DNA of 64,000 bases from an uncultured Selenomonadaceae bacterium (GTDB taxonomy: Bacteria; Bacillota; Negativicutes; Selenomonadales; Selenomonadaceae): contig CAJOHG010000013.1 of the NCBI GenBank assembly GCA_905234395.1, forward strand, positions 5,253-69,252. The letters run 5' to 3'. Position 1 is the stretch's first letter. The number at the start of each line of letters is the position of its first letter. The position numbers and the translations under genes are program-made. Below are positions 36,734-43,419 of this stretch, piece by piece. A model generated the notes under the pieces. That model saw only the letters and a program-made list of their open reading frames with translations, was not told the DNA's origin and ran no database searches.

Positions 36734-36844
36734 ATGTTCAGTATCGTGACGATGCTGGCAGTAGGTGTGGTCTCGACCGCCGTCGGAACCGTTATCGGAA
36801 CCGTCGTTGGCGTCTACATCTGCAACCGCTGGCTCAAGAAGTAG
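36734..36844 (+). CDS. Type I toxin-like peptide, unit 1 (36 aa)
   Basis: GAGAGGAGGTGA precedes the ATG. The peptide is MFSIVTMLAVGVVSTAVGTVIGTVVGVYICNRWLKK, one TM helix plus a basic tail. Confidence 0.7.
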   Translation: MFSIVTMLAVGVVSTAVGTVIGTVVGVYICNRWLKK

Positions 36845-36895
36845 CAGGCGTATCCACTCCTGCGCCATTTGACTGAGTAGCGTTCAGTTATGGCA

Positions 36896-36992
36896 AACGA
36901 AAACTCCCTGGACGATGTAGCGTTTCGTTTCAGGGAGTTTTTCGTTTGGTGAAACATCATGTTCAGTATCTCGTGTGAATTTCTTAAGTAGC
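36896..36992 (-). ncRNA. Predicted antisense antitoxin RNA, unit 1
   Basis: Runs from the minus-strand promoter to the shared hairpin. It is transcribed across 36948-36970 (GGTGAaacatcATGTTCAGTATC), a same-strand copy of the unit 1 SD/start region (GGTGAgcattATGTTCAGTATC, 36724-36745). The ends are approximate. Confidence 0.5.
36900..36946. terminator. Shared bidirectional terminator, unit 1
   Basis: AAAACTCCCTG...CAGGGAGTTTTT, with A-rich and T-rich flanks on both sides. Confidence 0.65.
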
Positions 36993-36998
36993 GTTGAC

Positions 36999-37063
36999 AA
37001 TTTATCACAGAATCAATCGCTTGTCAATTCCGCGTTGCCCGGCTGAAAATTTCCTGCTATAAT
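36999..37063. promoter_or_regulatory. Back-to-back promoters: antisense RNA of unit 1 (-) and toxin of unit 2 (+)
   Basis: Minus strand: TTGACA (37027-37022)-N17-TAAATT (37004-36999). Plus strand: TTGCCC (37035-37040)-N17-TATAAT (37058-37063). Confidence 0.6.
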
Positions 37064-37122
37064 CGCGCCAATGCCGCACCTCACAAGCGGTAAGTTCACG
37101 CTTGAGGAGGGAGGTGAGATTT

Positions 37123-37215
37123 ATGCTGGAGAGCCTTTCGCAATTCGGCTGGGACGTTCTGGCGATCGTGGTCGGAGGTATGATCCTCGACTACATTATC
37201 AACAGACGTCGCTAA
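37123..37215 (+). CDS. Type I toxin-like peptide, unit 2 (30 aa, different family)
   Basis: GAGGAGGGAGGTGA precedes the ATG. The peptide is MLESLSQFGWDVLAIVVGGMILDYIINRRR, which looks Fst/Ldr-like. Confidence 0.65.
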   Translation: MLESLSQFGWDVLAIVVGGMILDYIINRRR

Positions 37216-37277
37216 GCGGCAGCAAACTCTAACCAGTTGCCCAAGATAATCGCATCACCCTGCGGTTAGGCAAAACG

Positions 37278-37380
37278 AAGCCCCCGTGCAGTTCACCCTT
37301 CTGCGCGGGGGTTTTTCGTTCGGTGATACTCATGCCGGAACTGCGAGCCTTTCATTTCACAGTTGTTGCCTTTTGTCAAC
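37278..37380 (-). ncRNA. Predicted antisense antitoxin RNA, unit 2
   Basis: Transcribed across 37322-37353 (GGTGAtactcATGCcGGAactgcGAGCCTTTC). The unit 2 mRNA reads GGTGAgatttATGCtGGAGAGCCTTTC. The ends are approximate. Confidence 0.45.
37281..37318. terminator. Shared bidirectional terminator, unit 2
   Basis: CCCCCGTGCAG...CTGCGCGGGGGTTTTT. Confidence 0.65.
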
Positions 37381-37386
37381 GCTGTA

Positions 37387-37451
37387 AATTTATCACAGAA
37401 TCAATCGCTTGTCAATTCCACGTTGTACAGTTGAAAATTCTCTGTTATAAT
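37387..37451. promoter_or_regulatory. Back-to-back promoters: antisense RNA of unit 2 (-) and toxin of unit 3 (+)
   Basis: Minus strand: TTGACA (37415-37410)-N17-TAAATT (37392-37387). Plus strand: TTGTAC (37423-37428)-N17-TATAAT (37446-37451). Confidence 0.6.
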
Positions 37452-37510
37452 CGCGCCGATGCTACGACTCTCGGTCAGGCATGAATCCACGACGAGAGGA
37501 GGTGTCAATT

Positions 37511-37621
37511 ATGCTTAGCATTTGCACGATGCTGGCAGTAGGTGTGGTCTCGACCGCTATCGGTACCGCCATTGGAACCGTAATAGGCGTCTACATCTGC
37601 AACCGCTGGCTCAAGAAGTAG
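37511..37621 (+). CDS. Type I toxin-like peptide, unit 3 (36 aa)
   Basis: GAGAGGAGGTG precedes the ATG. The peptide is MLSICTMLAVGVVSTAIGTAIGTVIGVYICNRWLKK. Confidence 0.7.
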   Translation: MLSICTMLAVGVVSTAIGTAIGTVIGVYICNRWLKK

Positions 37622-37675
37622 CAGGCATATCGTCTCCTGCGCCCTCTAACTGAAGTCGCGTTTGGTTATGGCAAA

Positions 37676-37768
37676 CGAAAACTCCCTTGACGGCGTCGCG
37701 TTCCGTTTCAGGGAGTTTTTCGTTTGGTGTCAACATGCTTAGCATTTCATGTGTATTTCTTAAGTAGC
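37676..37768 (-). ncRNA. Predicted antisense antitoxin RNA, unit 3
   Basis: Transcribed across 37726-37747 (GGTGTCAAcATGCTTAGCATTT). The unit 3 mRNA reads GGTGTCAAttATGCTTAGCATTT. The ends are approximate. Confidence 0.5.
37677..37725. terminator. Shared bidirectional terminator, unit 3
   Basis: AAAACTCCCTTG...CAGGGAGTTTTT. Confidence 0.65.
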
Positions 37769-37774
37769 GTTGAC

Positions 37775-37839
37775 AATTTATCACAGAATCAATCGCTTGT
37801 CAATTCCACGTTGCCCGGCTGAAAATTTCCTGTTATAAT
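37775..37839. promoter_or_regulatory. Back-to-back promoters: antisense RNA of unit 3 (-) and toxin of unit 4 (+)
   Basis: Minus strand: TTGACA (37803-37798)-N17-TAAATT (37780-37775). Plus strand: TTGCCC (37811-37816)-N17-TATAAT (37834-37839). Confidence 0.6.
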
Positions 37840-37901
37840 CGCGCCGATGCTACGACTCCTCGAACACTTCAGCAGAACTTCTTCGAGAGGAGGTGAGCAC
37901 A

Positions 37902-38012
37902 ATGATCAGTATTCTGGTCACGCTGGCAGTGGGTGTGGTCTCGACCGCTATCGGTACCGCCATTGGAACCGTAATCGGCGTCTACATCTGCAATCGTCGA
38001 CAAAAGAAGTAG
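37902..38012 (+). CDS. Type I toxin-like peptide, unit 4 (36 aa)
   Basis: GAGAGGAGGTGA precedes the ATG. The peptide is MISILVTLAVGVVSTAIGTAIGTVIGVYICNRRQKK. The track ORF 37847..38044 is in another frame and is rejected. Confidence 0.7.
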   Translation: MISILVTLAVGVVSTAIGTAIGTVIGVYICNRRQKK

Positions 38013-38064
38013 CAGGCGTATCCACTCTTTCGCCCTCTAACTGAAGTCACGTTTGGTTATGGCA

Positions 38065-38163
38065 AACGAAAACTCCCTTGACGGCGTCACGTTCCGTTTC
38101 AGGGAGTTTTTCGTTTGTGAGCCAATGATCAGCATTCTCACGAATATCTTCTAAATTCTGGTC
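38065..38163 (-). ncRNA. Predicted antisense antitoxin RNA, unit 4
   Basis: Transcribed across 38118-38138 (TGAGCcAATGATCAGcATTCT). The unit 4 mRNA reads TGAGCacAATGATCAGtATTCT. The ends are approximate. Confidence 0.5.
38066..38115. terminator. Shared bidirectional terminator, unit 4
   Basis: AAAACTCCCTTG...CAGGGAGTTTTT. Confidence 0.65.
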
Positions 38164-38169
38164 GCGGCT

Positions 38170-38198
38170 AATCTATCACACAATCAATCGCTTGTCAA
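38170..38198 (-). promoter_or_regulatory. Antisense RNA promoter of unit 4; its -35 lies inside the last codons of the R-M gene
   Basis: TTGACA (38198-38193, codons L-T of ...VELTSD*)-N17-TAGATT (38175-38170). Confidence 0.55.
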
Positions 38199-40990
38199 TT
38201 CCACGTAGCGATTCATCAGCTCGCCGACAATTTTTGCCTCGTCGTCCAAAATGTTTTCAAAGCCGTAAGCCAAAGCAACTGCCTTGTCATTTTCGCGATG
38301 AGCTTTTCTCAAATCGGCGGGCATTGTCAATTCGTCGTACAAATCGGCAAGCGTAGAGTCGGGATAATTTTTTCGCGCGTCCAAAATTTTTTGCGCAGTC
38401 GTTTCAATCGCTCGACGCCGGTTATCTGTCGGCTCGCACCACGGAAAATTATTATAAACCACGTTGCTTGAATAGCGATAACTCGTTCCAAGGTAGCCGC
38501 AGACCGTTCGCATCCAAGCCATATGAATTGACGACGTTAAAATTCCAAAGTGATACAGCGTCGCGTTCGGGATAATCAAATTTGCATTGCTCGCGATAAT
38601 ATCAGGTGATACAAATCCCATTGGAATATATTTTCGTCCGCCCGATGAATGACACGGAATTAAAATGTATTCAGTTGTCGGTTGTGATATGAAGAAAAAT
38701 TTATGCGGCGTCTCTGCAGTCTTTCTAGTTGCAGCTGAAGTGCTAGCCTCGCGCATTTTTCTGACGGCATCAACTCGCCGATAAAGTTCTTTGCTTTTGC
38801 GAAGTTCCTTAGGCGTCGCGTTGACAAGCCATAAGCAATAACGTTCGATGTTGTTGATGAATTCGTTGCCGCCGACGTAACGGAAGATAAATTTTTCAAG
38901 TGCAGGCTCGCGTTGAAGAATCTCTTTGCGTTCGGCAGGCGACAGAATCAAATTTCCGCCGTCACTCGGTTTGTTGCCTAAAATAATTCGCGGCACGAAG
39001 TCTTGAAGATGTTTTGCACGGCTCTCGATAAAAATTGTCGGCGCGTCGCACAGGTAAGGATTGATATTTTTCGCGCTGATGATTTCGTCGCCGTCAAAGA
39101 TTTTCTTTTCGACGGGCAAAGACTTATCGGCAATGCAGATAACGACGCAATGAACGCTTGCCTTGTCGAGAGATTCGCTGTCCCATTTGAAAGTTCGGCG
39201 TGCGAAAATGATTTGCATGTTGTATTCGTCGAAAACCTTTTTCCAAAGCGGAGCGAGCTGTTCGCCCTGCGTGATAGAGTTCGTGCTTACAAAGGCGGCT
39301 TTGATGTTGGTGCCGGTCATGAATTTTGCGGCGAGATGATACCACGCGCCAACGTAGTCGACGCTGTTAGAGAGTTTGACTTTGCCGAAAATCTTGACGG
39401 CTTCGGCTTTCTGCGCGGCGTTCATCATGCTTGCACCGACGAAAGGCGGATTTCCGATGATGTAATTCGGTTGCGGACAAATTTTTTGCCAGTCGATTTT
39501 CAAAGCGTTGCCTTCGTGAATGTTTGAATAACTTTTCAGCGGCAGAAAGTCTAAGTCGCGGTGAATAATCTCTCGCGTGTCCTGCATCATTTGCAATTCA
39601 GCGATCCACAATGCAGTTTGCGCGACGGCTACAGCAAAGTCGTTGATTTCGATGCCGTAAAATTGTCCGATTGAAACTTTTATCGGGTTGACGAGTTCGC
39701 CGAGCTGAATTTGACTGCCGAGCAATTCCTTGAGCAATTCGTTTTCAAGTCGACGCAACGACAGATAACTTTCCGTCAAAAAATTCCCGGAGCCGCACGC
39801 AGGATCGAAAATTTTCAACGACGCAAGCTTATCTTGGAACGCGAGCAAATTTTTCTTGCGGTTACGTGACGGAATTTTGGCGATGTCAAATTCGGCTTTA
39901 AGTTCGTCCAAAAATAACGGGTCGATGACTTTGTGGATGTTTTCAATCGCCGTGTAGTGCATGCCGCCGGCGCGTCGAGTTTCGGGATTCAACGTCGATT
40001 CAAACACTGCGCCGAATATCGTCGGACTGATTCCGCTCCAGTTGAAACCGCTTGACGCTTCTTCAAACAACAGCTCGCGAATTTTGGGCGTGAAGTTCGG
40101 AATTTCGATTGAGCCGCTGAAAAGTCCGCCGTTGACGTAAGGAAATTTTTTCAACGTGTCGTCAAGATACGGGTCGCGCTCATCAATCGGAGTGTTCAGC
40201 ACGTCAAACAGATGAATCAAATCCCAACGAATATTTCTTGCCAGTCGCGGAAAATTTTGTGCTTGCCGAAAATGCCCGATGACTCGGCGTAAAGACAAAA
40301 GACCAATCGGACGCAGAGCTTGTTGAGACTGGCTTGACTTTCCGCAGAATTCGGATTGACGTATTGCGCGAGCAAAGCGTTGTAAAGTTTGCCGACGATT
40401 TCGCCCGCCTTCAAGCTCAATTCCAACTCAATGCGAATCTTGTTGCGTTCCTTGTCAATCAGAAAATCCAGCGCGTGAAATTTTTCGGGCAACTCTTCGA
40501 GCAAAATTTTAATCGGCGGCTTCAAAGTTTCCATGTCGTAAATCAGAAACTCTTTGAAATTGCACGTGATGATTTTTTTCGGGTGCATTGAGACCGGCAA
40601 GCCGATAACATACCGCCGCGCCTGTTCGTAAGGTGTGAGCTTCGTTCCGTCCGATTGCGTGATTTCCTTTTCCAAATCGACGCCGCAAGCTTTCTGCTCA
40701 ATCAAAACGTTTGTGTCGGGAAAATAGCCGTCGATAAAACTTTTGTGCGCGAGCTGAACTGGCACTTCAAAGTTTATAAAATTTTCGGGCTTGTCGATGT
40801 CGAAAACGTCACGAATCAGCGTGAGCCAAAATTTTTGATAATCAGCACGTTCATTGGCGACAACGTTTGAGCGCGGCTTATCGGTTGAAATTTTTTGAAA
40901 CTCCGTCGCGTCCGCTGTTCCGTCGCTTTTAAAGCGACCACGTTCGCCGTTGACTTCGCGCCACTGCTTGACAAAATTTTTTACGTTCAA
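38184..40990 (-). pseudogene. MmeI-family type IIL/IIG restriction-modification fusion enzyme, split by one frameshift
   Basis: Track ORFs 40217..40990 and 38184..40298 overlap by 82 nt in different frames. The first carries the nuclease FIDGYFPDTNVLIEQK and the helical LVFCLYAESSGIF. The second carries LFDVLNTP, FPYVNGGLF, FDPACGSGNFL, GNPPFVG, the TRD and HMAWMRTVCG...YNNFPW. Together they total about 940 aa, similar to MmeI. The start is TTG after GGAAGGAGG. Confidence 0.85.
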
Positions 40991-41124
40991 GCTAAAACCT
41001 CCTTCCGCACCGATTATATCACATTTAAACGTTTCGTCGATTCAAAGATTTTATTCCGACAAACAACTTGCAAGTGAGATGATTAAATGCTAAAATCAGC
41101 CAAAATTTATTGGGAGGAATTTCT

Positions 41125-41529
41125 ATGTTGGAAGGATTTGTGGAGATACCGATTTTGCAAGGGAGTTCGTTCCTTTCTGTGACAGACAACGGCTTGAATT
41201 TCAACAAAAACGTTGTGAAACACATGCGACGGGCGGAGAGCATTAAAATCTTTTGCAATTCGTCCAAGAAACAACTTGCCATTCAAAAATGCGACAAGAA
41301 CGCCGAAAATTCCATTCCGTTTTACCGTGACGAGAAAAATTTGACAAACGGCGTAAGATTCAACAATCGCGAAGTTCAACAGATGATTGCAACGTTGATG
41401 GATTGGAATTTAAGCGAATACAATTACAGAGCAGACGGCTTTCTTGCTGACGACGGTGAAACTATGATATTCAATTTAAATTGTGTCAGGAAATTCTCTA
41501 AAAAGAACAAGACTGTAACAAATACTTAA
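41125..41529 (+). CDS. Hypothetical protein, first gene of the AT-rich cassette (possibly a small DNA-binding fold)
   Basis: 134 aa from the ATG after GGGAGGA: MLEGFVEIPILQGSSFLSVTDNGLNFNKNVVKHM.... An upstream TTGCAA-N17-TAAAAT lies at about 41067-41095. I recognise no confident family. Confidence 0.55.
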   Translation: MLEGFVEIPILQGSSFLSVTDNGLNFNKNVVKHMRRAESIKIFCNSSKKQLAIQKCDKNAENSIPFYRDEKNLTNGVRFNNREVQQMIATLMDWNLSEYNYRADGFLADDGETMIFNLNCVRKFSKKNKTVTNT

Positions 41530-41753
41530 CAAAAGACGATTTGACGTTTAAGCTTAAGCTCGTAAAGGAGTGATGCGATTGCTTGAGTGTAAATTCGTCT
41601 CGACAAAGTAAAAAAATTACGCCGACAAAGTGGATTGTCAACGCTAATTGCAAAATATATAAGTTCAAAAACATTTTAACACATTTATAAAAAATAGCAA
41701 TGGCTTTTGGCAATTCCTCTTTTGGCGTGGAAATTTCAAAGGAGGAATTAATC

Positions 41754-42473
41754 ATGGCTAACGAAAAGAAAATTAGTGCTGATTGCAAAGACGTTTGGAA
41801 CGCATTCATGGTGAGAAGTGCAGATTTTCCGCAGAATGGTATTGGCATTCCGTTTTGCCCGACGACCGCGAAAGAAATTCCGTGCGAACTCATCTCCTAC
41901 ACCGAAGCGAGAGCTACTTACAATCGGCAGATGAAGCGCGACAACAAAAATTTTTTCGTGAACTCTTTTGTTCACTTCTATCAACATGATCGCAAATTCG
42001 ACGGTAAACGTTGCGGGATATGGTTTCAACCTCGGAGAGCCGCAGAAATTTTTCGGCACTTCGCGGGCATCATTACTCCCGACTTCTCGACCAATCTCGA
42101 TTTCCCGTTCCCGTGGAAAATTTTCAACACCTATCGAATGCGGGCGTTCGGCTATTGGTACGGCACACTCGGCGGCGCGGTCATTAACAATGTTCGTTGG
42201 GGCGAAGAGGATACTTTCAGCTGGTGCTTTGAGGGTATAGCGCACAACAGTATCGTTTCAATCGGAACGGTTGCGAGCGGACTTCGTGATTTTGAAAATC
42301 GTAAACTTTTTGAGACCGGCTTTTTCAAGATGATTGAAGTGTTGCGCCCGCATACAATAATTGTTTACGGCTCGGACAAATATTCATGCATTGAAAGCGT
42401 GCGTCAGCAAATCAAAATTGTACAATTCGACAGCGAACGCGCCCTTGCCTTTGCGGAGAAAAATCATGTCTAA
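41754..42473 (+). CDS. DUF4417-family protein
   Basis: The start MANEKK follows AAAGGAGGA. FVHFYQHDRKFD...GIITPDFSTNLDFPFPWKIFNTYRMRAFGYWY...VINNVRWGEEDTFSWCFEGIAHNSIVSIG matches the DUF4417 pattern as I recall it (HFF.DD.FE...PDFS...N.YR...VIP...W...S...CF.G). Confidence 0.65.
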   Translation: MANEKKISADCKDVWNAFMVRSADFPQNGIGIPFCPTTAKEIPCELISYTEARATYNRQMKRDNKNFFVNSFVHFYQHDRKFDGKRCGIWFQPRRAAEIFRHFAGIITPDFSTNLDFPFPWKIFNTYRMRAFGYWYGTLGGAVINNVRWGEEDTFSWCFEGIAHNSIVSIGTVASGLRDFENRKLFETGFFKMIEVLRPHTIIVYGSDKYSCIESVRQQIKIVQFDSERALAFAEKNHV

Positions 42474-42903
42474 GCCGGACAGCGGACATTTTCATGGCGC
42501 GAACGGCAAAGGCGGCGGCTCAACTTCTCCGCTCTTCAACAACGGACATGTGACTTATGAAAGCATTGAGGCGCACCGCGAAGAATTCATGGGCAAAACT
42601 GTCGAACAAATCGCTGAACTGCTCAGTCAAAACGGTTATAAGTTTAATATTCGCCCGTCAAAAAATCGTGAGAAAACCGGCTCGACAGCTCAAATAATCG
42701 AAATAACCAATGCATCAAAAGATCGCAATATTAAGCAAGTCCAAGTTTCGCCTGACGGGAGCAGTCGACACGGCAATGTTCCTTATGTAAAAATCAGCAC
42801 GTCAAACGAGAGTAAAATTAAAGTTATCGACGGAACACCAGAAAAATATATACCTGGCGATAACGAAAAAGCGCGTTTAATTTTCTGGAGGGATAGCGAA
42901 TGA
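42466..42903 (+). CDS. Hypothetical 145-aa protein (orphan toxin-domain-like)
   Basis: The ATG overlaps the DUF4417 stop (ATGTCTAA). The peptide is MSKPDSGHFHGANGKGGG...GKTVEQIAELLSQNGYKF...SSRHGNVPYVKISTSNESKIKV. It has no signal peptide or trafficking domain. Confidence 0.5.
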   Translation: MSKPDSGHFHGANGKGGGSTSPLFNNGHVTYESIEAHREEFMGKTVEQIAELLSQNGYKFNIRPSKNREKTGSTAQIIEITNASKDRNIKQVQVSPDGSSRHGNVPYVKISTSNESKIKVIDGTPEKYIPGDNEKARLIFWRDSE

Positions 42904-43367
42904 TTGATTTAACCACGCCGATTATTCCTTACGTTGGCACGGGAATTTTTAAGCTTGATTCTTCTTATAATGAAATCAAATCTCTTCTTGCAGAGCACAA
43001 CATTTCGTATAAAGAGGAAATTTGGGAAGCAACTGACGTTGATCCGCCGTGGCATATCATCGGTATATCTAGAGTCGGCGAAGAATACGATGCATTAAGC
43101 CTTACTTTTGCCAAGAACAGACTCTTCAGGATTTGTCTTTACGAGGATTTCTACGGGAAATTGCCGAATGGGATTCATACTAACATGACGATTGAAGAAG
43201 CTTTGATTATTGATAAAAACTTGTACTATAATGATGACAATGATGAACTTTATGAATCACCTGACGGCTATTGGCTCGATTATCACAGAGGTACAAGAAA
43301 AATTTTGACAATCATTATTTTCATTCCGGCACTTGAGAGCGACGATTTCTTCGATTACAACTGGTAA
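42900..43367 (+). CDS. Hypothetical acidic 155-aa protein (immunity-protein-like)
   Basis: ATGA start/stop overlap with the previous ORF. It is Asp/Glu/Tyr-rich (LYYNDDNDELYESPDGYWLDY...ESDDFFDYNW). Confidence 0.5.
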   Translation: MIDLTTPIIPYVGTGIFKLDSSYNEIKSLLAEHNISYKEEIWEATDVDPPWHIIGISRVGEEYDALSLTFAKNRLFRICLYEDFYGKLPNGIHTNMTIEEALIIDKNLYYNDDNDELYESPDGYWLDYHRGTRKILTIIIFIPALESDDFFDYNW

Positions 43368-43374
43368 GCGACTT

Positions 43375-43419
43375 TACAAAAAAATTTTTCCCCGCCAAAT
43401 TTCTGACGGGGATTTTTTT
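43375..43419. terminator. Bidirectional terminator between the cassette and the MmeI remnant
   Basis: A-run, then CCCCG...CGGGG, then a T-run. Confidence 0.65.

Larger units (their letters stand above)
36626..38206. repeat. Tandem array of four ~388-bp cassettes (type I TA-like), ending in the 3' end of the MmeI-family gene
   Basis: TCAATCGCTTGTCAATTCCACGT occurs at 36626, 37013 (one mismatch), 37401, 37789 and 38184. The spacings are 387, 388, 388 and 395 bp. Confidence 0.9.

Noticed and set aside
37847-38044. A 65-aa track ORF in array unit 4.
   Set aside because: It is in a different frame from the SD-led 36-codon ORF that is conserved in units 1, 3 and 4. It has no RBS and its sequence is Arg/Gly/His-rich.
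36626-38206. Whether the regular repeat array could be a CRISPR array.
   Set aside because: The period is about 388 bp, not 55-75 bp. The repeated part is most of the unit, not a short repeat separated by unique spacers. The units contain promoters, SD-led ORFs and terminators, and no cas genes are present.
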